Shown: positions 50,394 to 62,151 of the stretch, piece by piece
Layout of the letters: each line of letters starts with the position of its first letter
How positions within the stretch are numbered: position 1 is the first letter of the stretch
Assembly: GCF_006345805.1 (NCBI RefSeq)
Contig: NC_043009.1
Coordinates: 992,001 to 1,056,000 of the forward strand
Length of the DNA stretch: 64,000 bases
DNA from: Octopus sinensis
Taxonomy: Eukaryota
Reading direction: 5' to 3'
Translations under genes and position numbers: made by a program
Notes under the pieces: generated by a model
Databases searched by the model: none
What the model was told of the DNA's origin: nothing
The model's input: only the letters and a program-made list of their open reading frames with translations

Positions 50394-50623
50394 TTTATTT
50401 ACATTCGACGAATATTTGTCCTCATCTTCTTTGTTGTTAACACAATGTTTCGGCTGATAAACCCTCCAGCCTTCATCAGGTGTCTTGGGGAAATTTTGAA
50501 CATGGATTCTCATTCCTAAGGTATTTTTTGATGTTATTATTATTATTGTTTAGGTCACTGCTTGGAATCAAGCTCGAAATCTTGGGGTTAGTAGCTCGCG
50601 CTCTTAACCACTACGCCATATGC
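50394..50623 (-). mobile_element. tRNA-headed SINE-like element with a hammerhead motif (50439-50484) in its 3' half
   Basis: Box A TGGCGTAGTGG, degenerate box B GAGCTTGATTCC, (AAT)n linker, then GACAC-CTGATGA-A-GGCTG...CAGCC-GAAA-CA-T-T-GTGTT. Confidence 0.7.
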
Positions 50624-51421
50624 ATAGTGGTTAATAATAATGATTTTATTATTTACTAGCTGGACCCACGAAAATTTCACGGAAAACATAAGAAATGTCA
50701 ACATCTGTAAATTGTGTGCTGGTACCATAGGAAATGTTTCCATACTGTGACACAGAATATAGAAAGACATGTAAAGCTGATAACTGTATAATCCACCCAG
50801 AATATCTCAGTTACACGAATGTAAACAGAATTACTATTTAGCTTTAAAATACATCGTACATATTCAAAGAACCTTCTTGGTTTAGCGGTATGGAACGTTC
50901 TTCTGGTATTCTTTTACTTGTTTTTGTCACTGTGGCCATGCTGGAGCACTGCCTTTTAGTCGAAGAAACAGATTTTTTCTTTTCTTGACATGTATATACA
51001 GTTTTTTTGGCATACTGTGTGTGTGTTGTCCATGCTGGCATGGTTTGACCAGAGCTGGGGAGCTTCACCAAACCCCATTGGCATGGTTTCTATGACTGGA
51101 TACCCTTCCTAACACCAACCACTTTACAGAGTTGGGTAGGTGCTTTTATGTGGCACTGCACAAATGCTTTATGCCACCAGCAGGGTCAGCCTTAACACTT
51201 CTGCTACAGGGTATGGGTCTTGAGTACAGTCAAATATCTCGGTCCCTTGTTTCCTGAACCGTTCAGGGTAGGCTTCTTTCAGTTTCCAGAAGACACTTGC
51301 CCAAATTGCCAGGCAGTAGGACTGAAATTGCAACTATGTCTTGTTTGTTTTTTTGATCTGATCTGGCTTTTTTATTGTTGAAATGTTTTTCTGTTTATTA
51401 TTATTATTTTTCAATTTATAG

Positions 51422-51559
51422 GTTTTCCAGTAGTGGTGAAATATCCGAGTACTCTGTGCTCATTCATGAGTATTATGCTCGTGAAGCGAAAAATCCTGTA
51501 CATATTACAGTAGACACATCTTTGATGACTGGAAAAATGGGTGTTAAAGCTTTTATTAG
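51422..51559 (+). CDS. EIF3F: EIF3F exon 4, FSSSGEISEYSVLIHEYYAREAKNPVHITVDTSLMTGKMGVKAFI
   Basis: tttatag| acceptor, |gtaagt donor; 138 nt; SVLIHEYY..E..NP.H.TVDT motif. Confidence 0.95.
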
Positions 51560-51881
51560 GTAAGTAAACAAATTAACCTCTTAGTATTTAAACCAGCCAT
51601 ATCTGGTCAAAATATTCTGCTTGTTTTATATTCAAACTGGCCAGATCCAGCCTCTCACACCTACCAAACAATGTCATTTTAAAAATAAAACAACCACACC
51701 ATCAAAATCTTGAATCTACAAGATAGGAGTGACTGTGTGGTAAGTAGCTCGCTTACCAACCACATGGATCCGGGTTCATTCCCACTGCGTGGCACCTTGG
51801 GCAAGTGTCTTCTATAGCCTCGGGCTCACCAAAGCCTTGTGATTTGGTTTGGTAGACGGAAACTGAATGAAGCCCGTCATA

Positions 51882-51912
<31 letters not shown>

Positions 51913-53823
51913 GTCTGTGTTTGTCCCCGATTTGGCAACCGATGCTGGTGTGTTTACACCCCAGTCACTTAGCGGTTCGGCAAAAGAAACCGATAGAATA
52001 AGTACTGGGCTTACAAAGAATAAGTCCTGGGGTCGATTTGCTCGTCTAAAGGCAGTGCTCCAGCATGGCCACAGTCAAATGACTGAAATAAGTAAAAGAG
52101 GAAAAAAGATAATGCATGATTAATTCAAAACAAAATGAATAACTAAGTATTACATTTGACAGGGTTAAATCTAATATTTTAAACCCTTTTGATAACTACT
52201 CCACCCAAGATTCCCTCTGGTTCTATGTTATATGCTCCTTGTTTTAAATTCAAAATCTCCATCAAAATTTTGTTATAATTGCTGATGCAAAAATCAGCTT
52301 AATTAGTGGTGAAGTTATTTCATGAAATTTTATGTTATTTTAAAAGTTAACTGAAACAAAATGCATCTTGACAGAAATGTAGTATCAAAAGAATTAAGAA
52401 CTTTACGCTGTAATGAAGGCTGCATTTCTCAGACATCTTAAATACATATAAAAATGAGTTAACAGTTTCTGATGGAACTTTTCTGCTGTCACTTGACTGG
52501 CTAGAAAGAGAAGCCGAATTTGTTTAGATTTATACTGTATAGTCTCAAAATGGGAGCGCGGTTAGGACTTTGATGATGTATACCTAAAAAATTGGAATGG
52601 TTACAATTGACATGTCTTTGTTCAAATGTGTGGTGGAACAGGGATGACCACAAGGTCATCAATAAAATAAAAAAGAAAAAAATTAAACTTAGTTTTTAAT
52701 CTTTTAGCATTGTTTACTCCATCAAATGTAAGGCTTATTTATCCACATTGTTTTAAATTAATCATGCATTGTCTCATACCTTTGAAATTTCAACGACGTG
52801 ATTGTTTATTTTTAGAATGACATTGTAGAGTAGGTGTAAGGTGCTGGATCTGGCCAATTTAAGCATAGAATAGGCAAAATATTTCGGCCGGTTTAGACAG
52901 TAAAGAGTTTAACCCAAGTATAATAATGCTGTCACAGGGTGAATTGTCACAGCTGGTTAATTTCGTCAAACAGCTGTCAAGTCATATTCTATAATATAAG
53001 CAGTGAACCATCAAGAATTTCTGGCTGTAGTTCCTGTATCTACCAGCGCACAAGTTGAAATTTTCTGACAAAATTTTACAGCCAAAAAAATGATTGGTTG
53101 ATGACGAAAGGAACATACCATGACGATTTTGGAGGACCAAAAATTCCATAAGAAATGCTGCAAGATTTTGAAAGCTAGTTTACACTACATCATCATTTAA
53201 TGACCATTTTCCATGCTGCTGTAGGTTGGACAGTTTAACGGGCTGGCCAGCTGGAGTGTTGCCTGGGCTCCATTTGTCTATTTTGGCATGGTTTCTACAC
53301 CTGGGTACCTTTCCTTGTGCCACCCACTCTACAGAGTGTACTGGGTGCATTGACTGTGACACCAGTACATGTTTACACTATACTACATTGACTTATATTT
53401 CAGAAAATATATATGTATGTATGTATTTATGTATGTCATGGTTGATGCCAGTGCCCTCTGGCTGGCTCACGTACTGGTGGCATGCAAAAAGCACCATCTG
53501 AATGTGGTCGGTGCCAGTGCCGCCTCGACTGGTTTCCGTGCTGATGGCATGTAAAATGCACCCACTACACTCTGAGTGGTTGGCGTTAGGAAGGGCATCC
53601 AGCTGTAGAAACCTTGCCAGATCAGATCGGAGCCTGGTGCAGTCATCTGGTTGCCAGTCCTCAGTCAAACTGTCTAACCCATGCCAGCATGGAAAGCAGA
53701 CATTAAACAATGATGATGTTATGTGTGTGTAATATTTTTATAAATATTTAGGCATGTGTAGAGATGTATTTTGAAGTATGAAGCATAACTGTTTATTATT
53801 TTTCTCTTATTGTCATATTCCAG

Positions 53824-53915
53824 TACACCGATGGGTGTTGCCAACAAGTCAACCGGTATCATGTTTACACCAGTTAATGTAGAAATAATTAAGTACGAGA
53901 CAGAGCAAGTTGCAA
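53824..53915 (+). CDS. EIF3F: EIF3F exon 5, STPMGVANKSTGIMFTPVNVEIIKYETEQVA
   Basis: tattccag| acceptor, |gtaagt donor; 92 nt; MGV....G.MFTP motif. Confidence 0.95.
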
Positions 53916-55729
53916 GTAAGTAGTTCTTTGAAATATCTCTGTCTGTGATTCCACTGCCTGTTATATGCACTCATAATTTACGTGAAGTACACAGAGTACT
54001 GAAAAACGACCTCAAGACACTGAACCTCTCAGGCAGGATGACAACGGACTGAGATGCTTGGTGCCTTGCTGTATTCAAGGAGACCTGTACTCTGTAGCAG
54101 AAGTGTTAAAACTGGATCCTCTGGTGGTGTCATGTAAAAGTGCCTGTGCAGTGCCACATGAAAGCACCTGGCACACTCTGTAAAGTGGTTGGCATTAGGA
54201 AGGGCATCCAGCAGTAGAAACCATGCAAAATCAGACTGGAGTTTGGTGCAGTTCTCTGGCTTGCCAGCTCTGGTCAAACCGTTCAACTCCTACCCAAATG
54301 GACAACAGATGTTAAACGGTAATGATGATCAGCTGCAATGGTTCAGTACAGAAAGCCTGGCTACTTTTTGTCTATATATTGAATCTTTTGTGCTTCTTGA
54401 ATATGACTGCTTTGTTGATGGTTGCTGAGTCCTGTCTTCTTGCTAGCTAAAAAACATTTGCCTATGATAGATTGACTGTTAGGCCTTTCAACCCCCAGGG
54501 CTTGTTTACATGTTTAGTAGTTTTTAAAATTCTTTGTTGGATTCAGCTGCAAGAATGATACCATCACTATGTGGCAGTTCTTACAAAAAGGCAATCTTAA
54601 GCTCCTCTGTTACAACCTGGAGAATAGGAGGGGGTCTGAGAACTGAACTGTAGTGGATAGGAAGTTTTCACTGATGTTTTCAGAATGGTTCACCTTGAAA
54701 TGGGTGTATTTTGGGGTCACGTCCATTTCAGTAATACCATTGTATGCACCCCATAAATCAATATATGGTCGTACCGCCTGACTGGCCCTTGTTCTGGTGG
54801 CACATAAAAGCACCCACTACACTCTTGAAGTGGTTGGCATTAGGAAGGGCATCCAGCTGTCGAAACTCTGCCAGATCAAAATTGGAGCCTTGTGCAGCCA
54901 TCTGGTTCGCCAGTCTTCAGTCAAATCGTCCAACCCATGGTAGCATGGGAAGCGGACATTAAACGGTGATGATGATGATGATGATGTGCATGCTATTAGC
55001 CTGTTACGTTCCCACTGGAACTTTGCTCCATCTGCAGATAAGGTTTATATATTTTTAGTAGCTTGTTATGTAGAAATATGTGGTTTGAGTAAGAGAAATT
55101 GTTAAAGTGATCTAAATTAAAACCTTTCATCATCATCATCATCATGTTTAACATCCACTTTCCATGCTGACATGGGTTGGACGATTTGACTGAGGTCTGG
55201 TGAACCAGATGGCTGCACCAGGCTCCAATCTTGACCTGGCAGAGTTTCTACAGCTGGATGTCCTTCCTAATGCCAACCACTCCGAGAGTGTTGTGGATGT
55301 TTTTACGTGCCACTGGCATGAGGGCCAGTTGAGGCAGTACTGGCAGCAGCCATGCTCAAATGGTGCTTTTTATGTGCCACCTGCACAGGAGCCACTCCAG
55401 CGGCACAGGCAATGACCTTGCTCAAATGTTTTGTTCACATGCCACCAGCACAAGTGCCACTAAGGCGACGCAGGTGATGTTGATTTATGTTCCAAACATC
55501 AGATTAATAATGATAAAGTTATTTTTCTAAATTCTTCATTATTATCATTAATTGAGATAAAGGCAATGAACTTCAACAGAAATATGTTAATGAAAAGGGG
55601 TCAACTTGTGACGGTCACTTGGGTGTGGAGTTCATTTTAGTTGGGTTTTTTTTTCTTTTGTTTTGGATTATTTTCATTTTATATTGACAATATTTGTTCA
55701 TGATTTTTCCTTCTGTTTCTTAATTACAG

Positions 55730-55866
55730 TCAACTTGATTCGGGAAAGCCAGCTTTCTTCTAAAAGGTCCGTCTCTATGGTAACTGATTTACAACAAGTA
55801 GACATACTTTGTGGACGACTGCAGAGCATGCTTGCAATTGTTCAGCAATATGTTGAAGATGTTCTG
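55730..55866 (+). CDS. EIF3F: EIF3F exon 6, INLIRESQLSSKRSVSMVTDLQQVDILCGRLQSMLAIVQQYVEDVL
   Basis: taattacag| acceptor, |gtaagt donor; 137 nt. Confidence 0.95.
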
Positions 55867-56300
55867 GTAAGTTGGTCCTGAACTCTCTCTCTCTCTCTCC
55901 TCCCCCCCTCCCCACTAGGACATCATCTTCAATGAAGGTGTGAGACAAGTGGGAGTTGTCAGACTGGAATAAATTTCACTTACACAAAGTGGTCAGTTTG
56001 CTAGTTCTGGATTTGTGTGTATGTGTAAATATTATTGAGTGTATATACTCAATTTATATCTTTTTACCCATTGAGACTCGTAGATTATGTGATGCGAAGT
56101 AGAATTCGCATCCATTCCCTCATAGCCATGTGCAGTGTGTTAAAGATCAAGTCTGCAATTAATACAGTTTTGATCAAGGAGTAAATATTTTTTCCAATTA
56201 ATTATAATAATAATAAAGGGTAAAATCATAAATGAGTTTTACCAAGTGGTCAGTGTGAAAATAAAACCTTGTAGGTAAATTAATATAAATATTTTATAAT

Positions 56301-56674
56301 TATATACATAATTATAACAAGGGCTTGGCTTGCGCCTCACCATGCACTTAAAAATAGACGTCTAAAGACACTATTACCACCATAAATTCTCTAAGAAAAA
56401 CACATAAGATAAGCGATGGCGAAGCTTGCTTACATACTCGTAGCCACTCGTATTTATATGGCTGAGTATACCGTCGCTGACGAAGGCAAAAAGGTAAAGT
56501 TTTGTATTACTTTAAGCCCGAAACAAAGTTTGTAATTCATGTTCTTTCTTCTGCTGGCATATGTGTAGTGTGTTTTTCTCAGAGAATTTATGGTGGCAAT
56601 AGTGTCTTTTGATGTCTATTTTTCAGTGTGTGTGGTGAGGTGCAAGCCAAGCCCTTGTTATAATTATGTATATA
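56301..56674. repeat. Long inverted repeat (~105-bp arms, 56301-56404 / 56569-56674) in EIF3F intron 6
   Basis: Arms align as reverse complements at about 90% by eye. Confidence 0.92.
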
Positions 56675-58300
56675 CTGTGCGTATATATATATACACACAC
56701 ACACAGAGGCTCTACCATGGCTGTGTGCTTAAGACGCTTACTCCCCAACCACATGGTGACATGGTGCCTTCTGCTATAACTTGTTTGACCCAAAGCCTGT
56801 GTGAATGGATTTGGTACATGAAAACTGCATGAAGTCTATTGTGTGTGTTTCTTATTTCTTTATTGCCCACGAGGGGCTAAAGACAGAGGGGACAGACAAA
56901 GGGTTTAAGTTGATTACATCGGCCCCAGTGTGTAACTGGTACTTAATTTATCAACCCTGAAAGGATGAAAGGCAAAGTTGACCTCGGCGGAATTTGAACT
57001 GAGAACGTAACGGCAGATGAAATACCACTAAGCACTTCGCCTGACGTGCTAACATTTCTGCCAGCTCACTGCCTTAATTTGTATTTGTATGTTTCTGTCT
57101 CTTTGACATCACATGGCACTTGTAAATGAGAGTCCCTGTCATATAAGTGGTGTTGGTCATGGAGAAGTATTACCTTACTTGGCAACAGGAAGGGCATCCT
57201 ACCATACAACATCTGCCTCAACTACCTCTGTCTGATCCATACAAGCATGTAAAAGTGGATGTTAAAATGATGGTACATTCAATTGAATTATTAAAACTCT
57301 GAAACTGAGAAGAAAATTTGAAGCAGGCCTATTTTGCACAAAATTTCTTTTTTTTTTCTTTCTTTCATTTCTCTGCGCCACTTTGGAATTAATGATGCAC
57401 CAGTGCCATGTAAAAGTGCCTTTGCCGGTGCCATATAAAAAGCACCCAGTACACTCTGAAGTGGTTGGTGTTAGGAAGGGTATGCAGCCATTGAGACCAT
57501 GTGTAAAGAGACAGTTTGAACTTGGGCAGCTGCTGTCAAACCGTCCAACTGTCAAAACGCCAGCATGGGATGTGGACATTAAATGATGATGATGATGATG
57601 ATAATATGTATTATACACTGCTTAATTACTGTTGCTAATGGAGTAGTCAAATTCAGAGAACTACAACCCTGCACAGTGGGACTGAACCTGAAATCAGATG
57701 GTTGGTGGGCAAATTACTCATCCACACGACCAAACCTGTGTCTGTTTTTGTATGTGTATGCGTTGGGTAATTAGGATTAGAAACCGATACCAAAAATTAG
57801 GTTACCTAAAACCCTTCGGGTCTCTAATCATGTTTACCATACAAACTAATCACAGTTATTCAGTTAAGGTACAGGTGTGGCTGTTAGGTAATAATTTTGC
57901 TTCCCAGCCACATGGTTCTGGGTTCAGTCCCACTGCATGGCACCTTGGGGAGGTGTTTTTCTACTATAGCCTCAGGCCAACCAAAGCCTTGCAAATGGAT
58001 TTGGTTGACAGAAACTGAAAGAAGCCTGTCGTATGTGTGTGTGTGTCTTTGTTTGTCCCCCATTACTGCTTGATGACCAGTGTTTGTGTGTGAATGTCAC
58101 TGTAACTTAGTGGTTTGGCAAAAGAGACTGATAGAATAAGTACCACACTTTAAATAAAAGAAAAGTCTTGGGGTCTTATTCTTCAAGGTGGTGCCCCAGG
58201 ATGGCTGCTGTCTAATGACTGAAACAACCGGTGAAAAAAAAAAGGGTGGGGGGAATGGCATTTATTTATTTTATTTTATTTTCTGTATAATTCAATTCAG

Positions 58301-58414
58301 GATGGTAAAATTGCTCCAGATAACAGCACAGGACGCTTTCTGATGGAACTTATTCACAGTGTCCCAATGATTGATCCTGACGAATTTTCTGCAATGCTAA
58401 ATGCCAACATAAAG
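58301..58414 (+). CDS. EIF3F: EIF3F exon 7, DGKIAPDNSTGRFLMELIHSVPMIDPDEFSAMLNANIK
   Basis: ttcaattcag| acceptor, |gtgagt donor; 114 nt. Confidence 0.95.
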
Positions 58415-58888
58415 GTGAGTATGGTTATGGTCGCTTCTCTGTCTCTCTCTCTCATAGTTTGAGTGCAAGAGATGATGACTACGTTGACTCCAGTGTTCAA
58501 CTGGTAATTTTGTCGACCCCACTGAAAGGACGAAAGGTAAATTTTACACCTCAGCAGCAGACTTTGAGCTCACTACATACAGATAGGTAAAATGTTGCTG
58601 CACTTTCTGTCTGCAGTGTGCTAACCATTCTAAGACTCAGTATTAATAATGTCACTCTTTGACTCTTTTAACAAGGGTGACTGTCCATTTATTGACGACT
58701 TAATGTAATTGTTTTGTATGGTAGTAGAATATGTTGGGCTGGATCGGCCAGTTTAGATGCCAAAAGCTTAAATATAACCAAGTATTCAGTGGTTTAATCT
58801 TAAGTTAATGGTTCAGAAATTTAATTTAGAGTTTCGTTAACTTTCAGTATTATTTGTGAATTGATTTTTATTCTTTATTTCTTTCCAG

Positions 58889-58987
58889 GATCTTCTGATG
58901 GTTACTTACCTCTCCAATTTAACTCGTGCCCAACTGGCTCTGAACGAAAGGCTCACTATGTTTATAGCTATGGGTGCTAAAGAGTAG
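58889..58987 (+). CDS. EIF3F: EIF3F exon 8, DLLMVTYLSNLTRAQLALNERLTMFIAMGAKE*
   Basis: tttctttccag| acceptor, TAG at 58985-58987; DLLMVTYL.NLT..Q.ALNE motif; total CDS 837 nt = 278 aa. Confidence 0.95.
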   Translation, partial: DLLMVTYLSNLTRAQLALNERLTMFIAMGAKE

Positions 58988-59053
58988 GCAAAGATTCAGG
59001 ATGCATTTAATTATTAATACAATGACTCTTCAAAGTAATTTCAATTATATTGA

Positions 59054-59059
59054 AATAAA
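59054..59059 (+). terminator. Candidate EIF3F polyadenylation signal AATAAA
   Basis: 67 nt after the stop, followed by T-rich sequence. Confidence 0.5.
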
Positions 59060-61170
59060 ATTAAAATGTAATAGAATTTTGAGTTGCCTTTTTAACTATT
59101 TTATTTTATTTATTTATTTTTTTTTTGTCTTTGGTCAGTAAGTGTTATTTCCTTTGCTTCTACTTAGAAATCAAAAGAAAGGACTACTATTCCTTTTATA
59201 CCTTGGTTTTATGACCTGGACATCAATGTTGTGAAACTGACCTTATTTTTCCATTACGTTTCAGACAGATTCGGTGTTGAGTTGCTGAAGCAGAAATATC
59301 GTTATACCAAATCTTCTGCTCAATACCACAGATTTGCTTCTCAGTTGCTTGACCATAACCTCTTGAGCATGTCCCTTAGCAGCTGATAATACGTGCATCT
59401 CTGATCATGAGCAGGAGTAGTGGGAGAGCATCATAGCCATGTGTTGAGTGGGATTCTTTGGGGTTTGAATAAATGTTAGCAAAGTTTGAAGGAAATATTA
59501 GCTATTTATCATTCTTTCTAGAGGTAAGCAAATAGGAAATAAGTTATTACTCAAGGACAAAAACCGTGTTAAGCAGTGCAATGTTTCATTATATGCCTCA
59601 TTATCAATGGCTTAGATGGGAAAATATTCTGATTTGTAACTAGTCTGGTACTGTTTACACGACTAGGTGTCATACACTTAATGAGAATTAGATCAAACCT
59701 ATTGTATAGGTATTAATTTTATCTTTTACATGTTTCAGTCATTGGACTACAGCCATGCTGGGGCACAAATTGATCCCAATACTTATTTTTTTAAGAACTG
59801 GTACTTATTCTGTAAGTCTTTTTTTGCCAAACAGCTAAGTGACAGGAATGTCAAACCAATACTGTTAGTCAAGTGCTGGTAATGGACAGACGCAAACAGA
59901 AATACACATGCACACTCACATACAATGGGCTTCTTTCAGATTCTGTCTATCAAATGTAGAAAAGGACGCTTGTCCAAAGTTCTGCACTGCAGGACTGAAC
60001 CAAGCACCATGTGGTTGGGAAGCAAGCTTCTTAACGTACAGCCACAGAGGCACTTGTAAAAAAAAATACCTCTTTGGGTGAAAACTGCAAAGGGCATGTC
60101 TACTAAATATTAAATATTAACATAACAATTACTAAATAATTTTAATGTTTAATTTCAGATTTAAATAAATTTTAATGATTATAAGGGTGTCTATTTACTT
60201 CTGGCGTATGTGTGTGTGTGTGTGTGTATGTATGTACATCATCTTCATAATACTAAAACTCTAGGGATGTTTGTTTGTGTGTAACTGAAATATCTCAGAA
60301 ATAGTATATTTTATCTTAAGTTTTTTTACATATTTATTTTCATACTTACCTTCAGCAGTGCAGTACAAATTTTTGTGACATTTGGACCTCTATTTAAACT
60401 ATTAAACAATTTTTGTTTTTTCTTGGCTTCCGTGACATCAACAGACATACAGATTAGACATACATATAATGAAAGTCAATCAACACAAACACATGTCCGC
60501 TATCTGTGACATATACACACACATAGTCTTTGCACTGTCTAAGAAAAAAACTGTCGACTTTGATATACCTAAATGATTAAAATATTATTTTAATCATTTA
60601 GAAATATTTTTAGCTGAATGTGATTTCATCATCCGGAGTTCGTTAATTTCCATAAAAATGTTTTATTTATTTACTTTTGTTTTAAAATGAAAGCGAGGAG
60701 AAAGTGAAAGATGTATGTACGTATATACGAAATAGATGTACATATGTGAAAGAGAGAGAGATTGAGTGAAAGGGTGTGTTGTCATGTATATGTACATATA
60801 TCAATACATATGTGTACATCTTATTTGTATGTACGTGTGAGGTGAGTGAACATGTATGTGTAAGTGGCACACACTCTTTCTCTCTCTCTCTCTCTCTTAT
60901 ACACGCACACATCCATTTCATATAATGTTCATACATCTTTCACTTTCTCCTCTATTTCACTTCAAAACAAAAGTAACAGTTGATTTTCAGGATAAAAATT
61001 ATATTAAAAAATAGCTTCTACTCATGTAAATTGATTACTATTGTTTGGATAGTTCCCATTAAATAAGTCCAGAAGTTGGGTTAAATATACACACATGTAT
61101 AAGTACCATGAATCCCCATTCTACAAAATGGCAAACAATTCAGTGAATACTTTACTGGACAACACTGGGT

Positions 61171-62151
61171 AAGCTCACAAGGAATGAAGCCAGTATGCTC
61201 CGATGGATGTGTAATGTCAGTGTGCATACTCGACAGAGTGTAAGTACCTTGAGAGAAATGTTGTACCTAAGAAGCATCAGATGTGTGCAAGAGAGATGAC
61301 TGTGCTGGTATGGTATGGTGAGAATGATGAGGACAGCTGTGTGAAAAGTGCCACACCCTAGCGGTTGAGGGAACCTGAGGAAGAGGTAGACCTGGGATGA
61401 AGTGGTGAAGCACGACCTTTGAACTTTGGGCCTCACCGAGGAAATGACTAGTGACCGAGACTTTTGGAAATATGCTGTGTTTGAGAAGACCCGGCAAGCC
61501 AAATGAGACCATAATCTCGTGGCCTATGCCAGGGGCATTACCAGCCCACTTATGCATACCTTTTCCTTCTTTGGACACTAAAACTCTGCTTGCGAAAACC
61601 TGTTGAGACAAGTGAAATCAAAATCAAATTCAATGAACGGCGTCCGTGCAAGTGGGGTACAAAGAGCACCATACAAGTGTGATCATTGACAGCGGCTAAC
61701 CGGCTTCCGTGACAGTGGCACTTAAAAGGCACCATTCGAGCGTGATCATTACCAGCATCGCCTTACTGGCACTTGAGCCCCGTGCTAGTAGGGTATTAAG
61801 AGCACTATCTGAGTGTGACCATTGCCAGAGCAGCTCTCTGGCCTCCGTGCCGGTGGCACGTAAAAGACATCATTCGAGCGTGATTGTTACCAGCATCGCC
61901 TTACTGTGCTGGTGGCATGTGTAAAAGATTCGAGCGAGGTCATTGCCAGTACCACCTGACTGGCCCCGTGCCAGTGGCACGTAAAAGCACCCACAACAGT
62001 CTAAGAGTGGTTGGCGTTAGGAAGGGCATCCAGCTGTAGAAACTCTGCCAGATCAAGATTGAAGCCTGGTGCAGCCATCTGGTTCGCCAGCCCTCAATCA
62101 TCGTCCAACCCATGCTAGCATGGAAAGCGGACGTTAAACGATGATGAGGAT
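61171..62151 (+). mobile_element. RTE LINE 3'-end copy with 3' UTR array
   Basis: RNEASMLRWMCNVSV region, ~60-bp units, GGAAGGGCATCCAGC...GGACGTTAAACGATGATG tail. Confidence 0.9.

Noticed and set aside
59264-59480. Possible alternative last exon of EIF3F after tttcag
   Set aside because: No eIF3f-like peptide; it lies downstream of the stop and AATAAA and looks repeat-derived.
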